Positions 25,792-34,420 of a stretch of 64,000 bases of DNA are shown one piece after another (position 1 is the stretch's first letter; every line of letters starts with the position of its first letter). This DNA is from Clostridia bacterium (GTDB lineage: Bacteria; Bacillota; Clostridia; Christensenellales; CAG-138): the NCBI GenBank assembly GCA_045603585.1, contig JAZUMK010000030.1, positions 6,607-70,606 of the forward strand, written 5' to 3'. A program made the position numbers and the translations under genes. Below the pieces are notes generated by a model that was given only the letters and a program-made list of their open reading frames with translations, was not told the origin of the DNA and made no database searches.

Positions 25792-26592
25792 TTAGATAAG
25801 ATGTTTGCTGTCCAGGATGCCGATCAGCTGATCCACAGTGGACTTGTCAGCGCCTTCCAGCATCATGCCGGCTCCCTTGACCGGGGGAGAAAAGGACTTA
25901 TATACATTGGTGGGAGATCCCTTAAGACCGATGGTGGTGGCATCGATGAGGGGATCATCCTTCAGGGTGTTGTAATCGAATACATTCAGAGGCTTATTGT
26001 AGCATTCCATAATGCCGCGAACGGTCATATAGCGGGGCTTGTTCAGCTCCTTGACGCAGGTAATGAGGCAGGGAGTATTGGCCTTGAGCATCATGTAGCC
26101 ATCCTCGAGAAGGCGCTTTACAACAACGGACTTGCCTTCCAGCTTGATATCGGCGGCGTAGCTGATCTGGGGCAGATTCAGCTTTTCAGCGATCTGGGGA
26201 CCAACCTGAGCGGTATCGCCGTCGATTGCCTGACGGCCGCAGAATACGATATCGTCGGCTTCTACGCCGATCTTGTTGATAGCGGCAGCCAGGATCTGGG
26301 AAGTGGCATAGGTATCGGAACCGCCGAACTCACGGGCAGATACCAGAACAGCGCGGTCAGCACCCATTGCGAGCACTTCGCGGAGCATTCCTTCTGCGGG
26401 AGCGGGGCCCATGGAAACTGCTATAACTTCGCAGCCGGTTTCGTCCTTCAGCTGCAGGGCGGCTTCAACGGCAGCAAGGTCATCGTGGTTGGTTATCGCA
26501 GCCATCTTGCTGCGGTCCATAGTGCCGTCTTCCTTAACAGCAACTACGCCGGTGGTATCCGGAACCTGCTTTACGCATACAATACACTTCAT
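25792..26592 (-). CDS. etfB: Electron transfer flavoprotein beta subunit
   Basis: The 266-aa protein begins MKCIVCVKQVPDT, the typical EtfB N-terminus. Confidence 0.9.
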   Translation of the reverse strand: MKCIVCVKQVPDTTGVVAVKEDGTMDRSKMAAITNHDDLAAVEAALQLKDETGCEVIAVSMGPAPAEGMLREVLAMGADRAVLVSAREFGGSDTYATSQILAAAINKIGVEADDIVFCGRQAIDGDTAQVGPQIAEKLNLPQISYAADIKLEGKSVVVKRLLEDGYMMLKANTPCLITCVKELNKPRYMTVRGIMECYNKPLNVFDYNTLKDDPLIDATTIGLKGSPTNVYKSFSPPVKGAGMMLEGADKSTVDQLIGILDSKHLI

Positions 26593-26612
26593 ATTTATTT
26601 ATTCCTCCCCAA

Positions 26613-27755
26613 TCACTTCAAAAGCTCTTTGGCGATAACGATCTTCTGAACCTCGCTGGTGCCCTCGTAAATGGTGAGGATGCGAGCATCACGATAGATA
26701 CGCTCAATGGCGTAATCCTTCATATAACCATAACCGCCGTGGATCTGCAGCGCCTTTGCGGCAATCTCGTTTGCAACTTCAGCAGCATAGAACTTGGCCA
26801 TAGAAGAGTTCATGGCGGTAGGTTCGCCTCTGTCCTTCATGGCGGCGGCCTTAAGGTTCAGCAGCTTTGCAGCTTCCAGCTTGGTGGCCATTTCGGCCAG
26901 ATACCACTGGATACCCTGCTTGGTGGCGATGGGCTTGCCGAACTGGGAGCGCTGCTTTACATATTCAAGAGCAGTGTCAAAGGCAGCCTGTGCTTCGCCG
27001 CAGGCCTGTGCTGCAACGCCGATACGGCCGCTTTCAAGGCCGCTCATGGCTACGTTGAAGCCCTTGCCGACCTGACCCAGAACCTGAGACTTGTGAACTC
27101 GGCAATCCTCCAGAATCAGCTCGGAAACGGCTGCGGCGCGGATGCCCATCTTATCTTCGAGCTTACCTATAATGAAGCCGGGAGTGTCGCGATCCACGAT
27201 GAAAGCGGTCATGCCGCCGTGGCTTCTCTTTTTCTTATCGGTAACTGCGAAAACCAGAGCGTATGCGCCCTCATTGGGACCCAGGTTGCTTATGAAGCAC
27301 TTGGAACCGTTAAGTACCCAATAATCGCCATCCTGAACAGCAGTGGTCTGAAGGCTGCCTGCGTCAGAACCTGCACCGGGTTCGGTAAGACCGAATGCAC
27401 CCAGCTTGCCTTCGACGCAGGACATGCGCAGATACTTCTGCTTCTGCTCTTCGTTGGCATTCTTTACCAGTATGCCGTTTACCAGAAGCTGAACTACGAA
27501 CATCTCGGAAGTGCTGGAGCAGGCACGGGCAATTTCCATGGAAACCAGGGCCTTTTCAACTTCGCCCAGACCGGATCCGCCGTACTCTACGGGAACATTT
27601 ACACCCAGAAGGCCCAGCTTTGCCAGCTTGGTAACTGCTTCGGCGGGGAATCTACTGGTGCGATCCCATTCATCCGCATAAGGAGCGATCTCGTTATCGC
27701 AGAATTCACGGGTCATTTTTACGAGCATTTTTTGCTCTTTTGTCAGTTCGAACAA
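26613..27755 (-). CDS. Acyl-CoA dehydrogenase, short-chain (Bcd-like); substrate not assignable
   Basis: The 380-aa protein is collinear by eye with clostridial butyryl-CoA dehydrogenase. The catalytic Glu lies in IYEGTSEVQ. Confidence 0.9.
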   Translation of the reverse strand: MFELTKEQKMLVKMTREFCDNEIAPYADEWDRTSRFPAEAVTKLAKLGLLGVNVPVEYGGSGLGEVEKALVSMEIARACSSTSEMFVVQLLVNGILVKNANEEQKQKYLRMSCVEGKLGAFGLTEPGAGSDAGSLQTTAVQDGDYWVLNGSKCFISNLGPNEGAYALVFAVTDKKKRSHGGMTAFIVDRDTPGFIIGKLEDKMGIRAAAVSELILEDCRVHKSQVLGQVGKGFNVAMSGLESGRIGVAAQACGEAQAAFDTALEYVKQRSQFGKPIATKQGIQWYLAEMATKLEAAKLLNLKAAAMKDRGEPTAMNSSMAKFYAAEVANEIAAKALQIHGGYGYMKDYAIERIYRDARILTIYEGTSEVQKIVIAKELLK

Positions 27756-27775
27756 TGTAATCCCTCCTAAAATAA

Positions 27776-29080
27776 TTAGATTAATATACCGAGTTGTTTT
27801 GCAGCACTTGTAAGTTCATCGCGGAAATTGGGGTGTGCTATAGAGATAAGCGCCTTTGTCCTCTGGGACAGAGTCTTTCCTCTGAGCTTGGCCACGCCGT
27901 ATTCTGTTACGATGTAATCCACGTCATTTTTGCTGGTTGTAACAAGCGCGCCCTTGGAAAGTGTAGGGGCTATTCTGCTGACAGTTCCGCCTTTGGCAGT
28001 GGAGGGGAAGGCGATGAAGCTCTTACCGCCCTTGGACTGCACTGCTCCGCGCACATAATCAGCCTGTCCACCTGAACCGGACATGTGCTTTGTTCCCATG
28101 GATTCGGCACATACCTGACCGTAGAAGTCCACCTCAAGGGCAGCATTTACGGAGATAAAGTTGGGGTGCTGTGCAATAACGTTGGGGTCGTTTACGTAAT
28201 CCACCGGAAGCATTAAAAATGCGGGATTGTCATTTATAAAGTCATATGTGCGCTTGGTGCCAAGAACCAGTGTAGCAACGCTTTTGCCCTTGTGTATGGG
28301 CTTGAGTTGGTTGGTAACCACGCCGCTTTCGATCATGTCCACCATGCTTTCGGTAAAAAGCTCGGTGTGGATGCCCATGTCGTGCTTATTCTGTCTCAGG
28401 GCAAGGCCAACAGCCTCGGGGACTGCACCGATACCAAGCTGCAGGGTTGCTCCGTTGGGGATTTCCTCAGCTATCATTCCGCCTATAACGTGGCTTATCT
28501 CATCAATGGCAGTGGCGGGCAGCGCAGGCAGAGGGGTGTCGCTTTCGCAAAGAGCTGCAACCTGAGAAATATGAATCATGGGGGAACCGAATGTTCTTGG
28601 CATATTCGGATTTACTTCCAAATAAATGCGCTTTGCCTTGTTGTACAGTACCTCACTGTATGAGCCTACCGCTCCGCTGGAAAACCATCCGTGGCTGTCC
28701 ATCGGGGAAACAGTGGCAAAGAAGGCATCGGTGTCCACATAATCCCTGTGAAGGGAAGGAATATCACGATAATGGCATGACATAATGTCCGCGCGGCCTT
28801 CATTGACAGCCTTGCGCAAACCGCCGCCGGAAAACCAGGATACAGGGGTAATACCCTGGGAGGCCTCAGGACTTAAAGCGGAAAGGGGCATAACATCCAG
28901 TACGGAATGCAGCTTTACATCCTTGATGTCGCCGGCTTTGGCTCTTTCACCTATCTCGTTTATAATGTTTGTGGGTATAGCTGCGGCAATATCCATAGTA
29001 CAGTTCCAACCGGATTGTACCTGATCGGCTATCTGCTTTGCCGAGCACAGCTTTGATTTGTATTGTTCGCTAAATTCCAT
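27776..29080 (-). CDS. Acetyl-CoA hydrolase/transferase-family CoA-transferase (4-hydroxybutyrate/butyryl-CoA:acetate type)
   Basis: It is collinear with the Cat2/AbfT family (LQLGIGAVPEAV, GSGGQADYVRGA, VTEYGVAKLRGK). I place the start at MEFSEQYKSKL because AAGGAGAG lies upstream. Confidence 0.85.
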   Translation of the reverse strand: MEFSEQYKSKLCSAKQIADQVQSGWNCTMDIAAAIPTNIINEIGERAKAGDIKDVKLHSVLDVMPLSALSPEASQGITPVSWFSGGGLRKAVNEGRADIMSCHYRDIPSLHRDYVDTDAFFATVSPMDSHGWFSSGAVGSYSEVLYNKAKRIYLEVNPNMPRTFGSPMIHISQVAALCESDTPLPALPATAIDEISHVIGGMIAEEIPNGATLQLGIGAVPEAVGLALRQNKHDMGIHTELFTESMVDMIESGVVTNQLKPIHKGKSVATLVLGTKRTYDFINDNPAFLMLPVDYVNDPNVIAQHPNFISVNAALEVDFYGQVCAESMGTKHMSGSGGQADYVRGAVQSKGGKSFIAFPSTAKGGTVSRIAPTLSKGALVTTSKNDVDYIVTEYGVAKLRGKTLSQRTKALISIAHPNFRDELTSAAKQLGILI

Positions 29081-29160
29081 AAGCATCTCTCCTTTGGGGC
29101 AGAGCAAGTACGATAAGTAATGTACTTGCAAATACCCTGAAACAGATGAAAGATTAATTA

Positions 29161-29592
29161 TTAACCGATAACAACCAGAACATCGCCGGAGTTAACAGTA
29201 GCGCCCTTAGCGGTATTTACGGCAGTAACGGTGCCGTTTACTCCTGCGAAGATTTCATTTTCCATCTTCATGGCTTCAAGAATGACAACAACACTGTCTG
29301 TGGAGACGGTATCGCCAACCTTTACCTTAACATCAAGTACATTGCCGGGCATGGGAGCGGTTATGCTGGTTGCATCAGCAGCAGGAGCAACGGGGACAAC
29401 GGGAGCTGCAACGGGAGCAGGAGCTGCAACGGGAGCAGGAGCTGCTGCGGGGGCTGCGCCGGCGGGGACCCTGGTGAGGGGAGTTCTGGAAAGGGAAGTT
29501 CTGGAAAGAGAACGGGCGGGGGAAACTGCACCGACTTCTTCTACTTCAACTTCATAAGAGTTATTGCCTACATTTACGATAAATTTACGCAT
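29161..29592 (-). CDS. gcdC: Biotin carboxyl carrier protein with an Ala/Pro linker (GcdC / decarboxylase gamma-like)
   Basis: It has the biotinylation motif EAMKMENEI and the linker AAPAAAPAPVAAPAPVAAPVVPVAPAA. Confidence 0.85.
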   Translation of the reverse strand: MRKFIVNVGNNSYEVEVEEVGAVSPARSLSRTSLSRTPLTRVPAGAAPAAAPAPVAAPAPVAAPVVPVAPAADATSITAPMPGNVLDVKVKVGDTVSTDSVVVILEAMKMENEIFAGVNGTVTAVNTAKGATVNSGDVLVVIG

Positions 29593-29634
29593 ATATACTT
29601 ACTATCCTCCCAAGTTTAATTGTGAAAATTGCTT

Positions 29635-30006
29635 TTATGCTTCGGTCATAATTGCCATTACGGCACCTATGACAGCTATCAGTTCATTCTGATCGGCAGA
29701 GCCACTGCTGATTTTTCTTATGGAACGAATGCGCATTCCTTCCATATTACCATCACAGTAGGAGGCGATTGATGCGGCGATAACGGCATCAAAGAGCTTC
29801 CTGTCAGTATGCATCAGGTCGTTTTCGGCAGGCTGAGAAACAGCGGCTGTCTGGGGCTGACCGCTTGCGGAAGCAGCGGTCTGCTGGGGCTGGGATTTAT
29901 CCTTGAGAATGGCGCTCATCAGCTTTGTTAAACAGATGAGGCAAATTAACCCAAAGAATACGGTTCCCATGCCTAAAAACAAAACAAACAAAGCATTAAC
30001 TTCCAA
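29635..30006 (-). CDS. OadG-family small membrane protein (decarboxylase anchor subunit, GcdD-like)
   Basis: It has a single N-terminal TM segment (ALFVLFLGMGTVFFGLICLICL) followed by a Gln/Ala-rich soluble tail. I propose a TTG start at 30006, 7 nt after an AAGGAGA. The longer ORF-track N-terminus has no RBS. Confidence 0.55.
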   Translation of the reverse strand: MEVNALFVLFLGMGTVFFGLICLICLTKLMSAILKDKSQPQQTAASASGQPQTAAVSQPAENDLMHTDRKLFDAVIAASIASYCDGNMEGMRIRSIRKISSGSADQNELIAVIGAVMAIMTEA

Positions 30007-30147
30007 AATAGTATCTCCTTTGTGTTTGATATTCCATTGGCAACGGGTAAAGCTTAGATCGACCGGCTGCAGTGTGTTCGCAATACACAAGCGTGTGCAG
30101 CAAAGCAGTATTTGCGAATGGCGGAGCAGCACATGCAGCAAATATGG

Positions 30148-30918
30148 TTAATCAGTAAAAGCCGGAGGCCGCTTTTCAAGAAAAGCGCTGATACCCTCGG
30201 TGTGATCGGCAGTGGTAAAGGCTTCTTTGAAGCATTCTGCCTCAGCCATGAGGGAAGAATGAAGCTGGTTTTCTATACCGATGTACATTGCCCTTTTGGC
30301 TAACGCAACGGCGCTTTTACTATTCTTGGCGATAGAAGCAGCGAGAGCCAGACAGTCATCCATAAGGTTTTCAGGTTCGCTCAGCTCATCTGCCAGACCC
30401 AGTTCCTCTGCATCGGCAGCGGCAATGATTTTTGCGGTGCTGATGAGCTGAAAGGCCTTTGAAAAGCCAACGACCCGGGAAAGACGCTGGGTGCCGCCAA
30501 AGCCGGGAATAAGTCCCAGAGTTACTTCGGGGAGACCGAGCTTTGCCTTGGAAGAAACAATGCGCATATCGCAGGCCAGAGCAAGCTCCAATCCGCCGCC
30601 CAATGCATAACCGTTTACTGCGGCTATAACAGGCTGGGGCAGCTCGGCAATGCCATTAAGCACTCTGTGACCCAGATGGGCAAAGTCCTTGGCTTCTTCT
30701 GCGGAGAACTTTGACATGGAAGCTATATCGCCGCCTGATGCAAAGGATTTACCTGTGCCGGTAAGAATTATTACCTTAACATCCTTCTGCTGGGAAGCTT
30801 CATGAAGGGCGTTTTCCAGGTCGAGCAGCAGGGATTTATCTATTGCGTTTAAGGTTTCGGGCCTGTTTAGTGTTATGATCGCTGTATTATTCAGCTTTTC
30901 AACTGTTACGCTTGACAT
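30148..30918 (-). CDS. Enoyl-CoA hydratase (crotonase family)
   Basis: Both catalytic Glu contexts are present (GGGLELALACD and LGLPEVTLGLIPG). Confidence 0.9.
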   Translation of the reverse strand: MSSVTVEKLNNTAIITLNRPETLNAIDKSLLLDLENALHEASQQKDVKVIILTGTGKSFASGGDIASMSKFSAEEAKDFAHLGHRVLNGIAELPQPVIAAVNGYALGGGLELALACDMRIVSSKAKLGLPEVTLGLIPGFGGTQRLSRVVGFSKAFQLISTAKIIAAADAEELGLADELSEPENLMDDCLALAASIAKNSKSAVALAKRAMYIGIENQLHSSLMAEAECFKEAFTTADHTEGISAFLEKRPPAFTD

Positions 30919-30927
30919 GCCGGACCT

Positions 30928-31770
30928 CTATTGATAGGTATAGAAGCCGCGGCCGGACTTTTTACCGTATCTGCCCGCTTCAACATACTGACGAAGCAGG
31001 GGGCAGGGACGATACTTGGGATCGCCATAGCCTTTGTACATGATCTCCAGTACAGAGAGGATGGTATCAAGGCCGATGAAGTCAGCAAGCTGAAGGGGAC
31101 CCATGGGGTGAGCCATACCCAGCTTCATGATTTCGTCAATGCCTTCGGGAGTGGCAACGCCTTCGTATACGCAGTAGATCGCCTCGTTAATCATAACCTG
31201 TAGAACCCTATTGGAAACAAAACCGGGAACATCACGTACTTCAATGGCAACCTTACCCATTTCCTCGCTGGTTTTGCAAACAAAATCGGTGGTTTCCTGA
31301 TCGGTTTCAAGGCCGCGGATAACTTCTACCAGGGTCTTTACAGGAACGGGATTCATAAAGTGCATGCCAATAACCTTCTCGGGACGCTTGGTAACGGCTG
31401 CAATGCTGGTGATAGGGAGGGAGGAGGTATTGGTGGCAAAGATGGTCTCAGGCTTGCAGATCTCATCCAGCTGCTTGAAAACGCTGCTCTTGATCTCCAT
31501 GTTTTCGATGATGGCTTCAATTACCAGATCGCAGTCAGCAGCATCCTGCAGGGAGGAAGAGGTGGTCAGCTTGCTGAGAACTTCTTCTTTTCTTTCTGCG
31601 GGGATCTTGCCCTTGTCCACATTCCTCTGCAGATTGCCGGCAATATAGGCCATACCCTTTTCAAGGGCTGCGGCTGCAGTGTCGGAGAGGATGGTATCAT
31701 AGCCTGCCTGTGCACAGCACTGTGCAATACCGCTGCCCATCTGGCCAGCGCCTAATACAAAAACTTTCAT
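30928..31770 (-). CDS. hbd: 3-hydroxybutyryl-CoA dehydrogenase
   Basis: It has MKVFVLGAGQMGSGIAQ (Rossmann fold) and the typical 280-aa Hbd layout. Confidence 0.9.
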   Translation of the reverse strand: MKVFVLGAGQMGSGIAQCCAQAGYDTILSDTAAAALEKGMAYIAGNLQRNVDKGKIPAERKEEVLSKLTTSSSLQDAADCDLVIEAIIENMEIKSSVFKQLDEICKPETIFATNTSSLPITSIAAVTKRPEKVIGMHFMNPVPVKTLVEVIRGLETDQETTDFVCKTSEEMGKVAIEVRDVPGFVSNRVLQVMINEAIYCVYEGVATPEGIDEIMKLGMAHPMGPLQLADFIGLDTILSVLEIMYKGYGDPKYRPCPLLRQYVEAGRYGKKSGRGFYTYQ

Positions 31771-31802
31771 GTGTTACTCCTTAAAGGTATTGTTTATCTT
31801 GG

Positions 31803-32996
31803 TTAATCGTCTATAGTTACATAAACAGCGTCGCCCTGAGCCATTGCGGAGCATATTGCGCATATGCCGCTCTTCTTGCCGGAACGCCTGAGCTCGTAAA
31901 TAAGGGTCATAAGGATTCGTGCGCCGGTTGCGCCGATGGGATGTCCTACGGCTACTGCACCGCCGTTTACATTTACCCTTTCATTGCGGGTTTCGTCGTC
32001 CATGCCGATGACCTTGCAGCTTACCAAGGGAACGGCGGCAAAGGCTTCGTTTATCTCATACAGATCCACGTCCTTGTAGCTCAAATTGTTCTTCTTGAGC
32101 AGCTTGGAGGTTGCAAGCCCGGGGACTGTGGAAATCAGATGGGACTGCTGGGCAGCCTGTGAATAATCGCGTATGGTGGCCAGTATGGGAGCGCCAAGCT
32201 CTTCGGCCTTTTCTCTTGACATAATTACTATTGCAGAAGCGCCGTCATTGGTGCCGGGAGCATTGCCGGCGGTAACAGTGCCGTCAGGAATGAATACCGG
32301 CTTAAGGGCGGCCAGACCTTCAAGCGTGGAATCGGGTCTGGGAGATTCGTCCTTATCCATTACCATGGTGCCTTTGCGGGTTTTAATGGTAACAGGGAAG
32401 CGCTCATCATCGAATTTATGGGCGGCTTCACCTGCGGCCCACAGTTTCTGGGAACGGAGAGCCCATTCATCCTGCATTTCTCTGGTTACGCCGTATTCTA
32501 CGGCAACTTTGCCGCCTATAACGGCCATGTGAACTTTATTTTCGGGGCAGGTAAGGCCGTCGTAAAGCATGGAGTCTTCCAGAGCAACGGAACCCATACG
32601 GGTGCCCCAACGGGTTCCAAGGGAAAGATAGGGGAGATTGCTCATGCTTTCCATGCCGCCTGCAACGATGATATCGGCATCGCCTGCTTTTATCATCTGT
32701 GCGCCCAAAACAACGGCTTTGAGAGCAGAGCCGCAAGCCTTGTTGATTGTCAGCGCGGGTACGTCGTGAGGAATACCGCCCAAAATAGATGCCTGTCGTC
32801 CGGGGACCTGACCTGCGCCATCGGGCACTACGATACCCATGATGGTCTCATCCACCATGCTGCCTTCAATGCCTGCACGGGCAAGTGCCTCACGTATAGC
32901 CATGCCGCCAAGTTCTGCTACGCTGATGTCCTTGAGCATACCGCCGAACTTGCCGAATGGGGTTCGTGCTGCGCTTACAACTACAACTTCCTTCAT
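31803..32996 (-). CDS. Acetyl-CoA C-acetyltransferase (biosynthetic-type thiolase)
   Basis: It has the active-site Cys in NKACGSALKAV, the C-terminal NVNGGAVAVGHPIGATGARI, and CSAMAQG. Confidence 0.92.
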   Translation of the reverse strand: MKEVVVVSAARTPFGKFGGMLKDISVAELGGMAIREALARAGIEGSMVDETIMGIVVPDGAGQVPGRQASILGGIPHDVPALTINKACGSALKAVVLGAQMIKAGDADIIVAGGMESMSNLPYLSLGTRWGTRMGSVALEDSMLYDGLTCPENKVHMAVIGGKVAVEYGVTREMQDEWALRSQKLWAAGEAAHKFDDERFPVTIKTRKGTMVMDKDESPRPDSTLEGLAALKPVFIPDGTVTAGNAPGTNDGASAIVIMSREKAEELGAPILATIRDYSQAAQQSHLISTVPGLATSKLLKKNNLSYKDVDLYEINEAFAAVPLVSCKVIGMDDETRNERVNVNGGAVAVGHPIGATGARILMTLIYELRRSGKKSGICAICSAMAQGDAVYVTIDD

Positions 32997-33020
32997 ATGA
33001 ATGTAAATACTCCTTTAATG

Positions 33021-33233
33021 TTACCCCCAGATATTGAAGCCATCGTCATCCATGTTGATTTCCTTCAGCAGGCAACGACTTCCGCCGGGGCAATCCGTTT
33101 TCTTATTGCAGTCTACGGGCTGTTCAAATGCATCTATCTGACAGCCCCCGCCATTATTGGCCGAAACCAGGATGGTGAGGGTGACCTCACCACCGATTTC
33201 GCACCTTTTTGTCATTTTGTATTCAAATTCCAT
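33021..33233 (-). CDS. Hypothetical 70-aa Cys-rich protein
   Basis: The ORF fills the gap between the two thiolase genes (7 nt and 24 nt spacers) and uses codons like its neighbours. It has five Cys, no recognisable family and a weak RBS. Confidence 0.45.
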   Translation of the reverse strand: MEFEYKMTKRCEIGGEVTLTILVSANNGGGCQIDAFEQPVDCNKKTDCPGGSRCLLKEINMDDDGFNIWG

Positions 33234-33240
33234 TGGCTGC

Positions 33241-34419
33241 TTAGCCTAAGTCCATACCGCAGATGGTTATACCGGCTACGCAGCAGTAGGGACGGCCGCC
33301 CATGTTATGGGTCATGCCCAGACGTACGTTTTCTCTCTGACGCTTGCCGGCCTTGCCGTGGAACTGGAGCCACATTTCGTAGATCATCCTCAGGCCGCTG
33401 GCGCCGATGGGGTGACCGAAAGACTTGAGGCCACCGTCAATATTGATGGGCAGCTTGCCGTCTCTGTCATACTTGCCGTCCATGAAGTCCTTCCAGCCCT
33501 GACCGCGTTCACTGAAACCGAGGTCTTCGCTGATGAGCAGCTCGGTGATGGTGAAGCAGTCGTGCACTTCGGCAAGGCTGATCTGCTCCTTGGGGTTGGT
33601 TACACCGGCTTCCTTATAGGCGGCCTGTGCGGCATTGATGGTTTCGGAAACGTAGGTAAAGTCGTACTTGGAGCTCTTCTTGTTAAAGCCGTTGCCGGAG
33701 GCGATCTGCAGAGCCTTTACATACATGGGATCCTTGCGGTAGTTCTTTGCAAGGCTGGCTCTGGTAACGATGGCGCAGGAGCAGCCGTCGGATACGCCGG
33801 AGCAGTCCATTACGGTGAGGGGATATGCTATGTAAGGCATATTCAGTATCTTTTCCATGGGAACTTCCTTACGGTACATTGCCTTGGGGGTAAGTGCGCC
33901 GTTGGAATGGTTCTTGAAGGAAATATGAGCAAGTGCCTCGTGAAGCTGCTCGCCGCTGATGCCGTACTTATGGGCATAGGCAGAAGCGCACAGGGAGAAG
34001 GCAGCGGGAGTGGACATGAAGGGTTCGGTCATGTCGGACTCAACGTGGGGTACAACCAATCCGCTGTAACCGCCGTCCTTAAGCTTTTCAGCGCCGATGG
34101 CCATGGCAACATCGCAGGCGCCGGAAGCTACTGCGTAGCATGCGTTGCGGAAGGCATCGGTGCCGGAGCAGCACTTGTTTTCCAGGCGGGTTACGGGCTT
34201 GTATTCGCTCATCAGTCTGGTGGATAGAGCATCGCCTGCAAGGCCGGATTCAAAAGTGCCGAACCAGAATGCGTCAATATCCTTAAGCTCGATACCGGCA
34301 TCCTTCAGGGCCTCCTGAGATGCTTCTACGATAAGATCTTCAAGGCTGGCATCAAAGCGCTCTCCAAAATAGCTGCAGCCCATGCCGATAACGGCACATT
34401 GATCGCGTATACTTGCCAT
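33241..34419 (-). CDS. SCPx/archaeal-type thiolase-like protein
   Basis: It has the active-site region LENKCCSGTDAF and the C-terminal DGGLKSFGHPIGASG. ATG 34419 (MASIRDQ) lies 8 nt after an AAGGAGG and just downstream of the upstream gene's stop codon. Confidence 0.85.
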   Translation of the reverse strand: MASIRDQCAVIGMGCSYFGERFDASLEDLIVEASQEALKDAGIELKDIDAFWFGTFESGLAGDALSTRLMSEYKPVTRLENKCCSGTDAFRNACYAVASGACDVAMAIGAEKLKDGGYSGLVVPHVESDMTEPFMSTPAAFSLCASAYAHKYGISGEQLHEALAHISFKNHSNGALTPKAMYRKEVPMEKILNMPYIAYPLTVMDCSGVSDGCSCAIVTRASLAKNYRKDPMYVKALQIASGNGFNKKSSKYDFTYVSETINAAQAAYKEAGVTNPKEQISLAEVHDCFTITELLISEDLGFSERGQGWKDFMDGKYDRDGKLPINIDGGLKSFGHPIGASGLRMIYEMWLQFHGKAGKRQRENVRLGMTHNMGGRPYCCVAGITICGMDLG

Positions 34420-34420
34420 A

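Noticed and set aside
29405-29445. An 18-bp tandem DNA repeat (GCTGCAACGGGAGCAGGA, about 2.3 copies).
   Set aside because: It encodes the APAPVA-type Ala/Pro flexible linker of the biotin carrier, a normal feature of these proteins and not an independent element.
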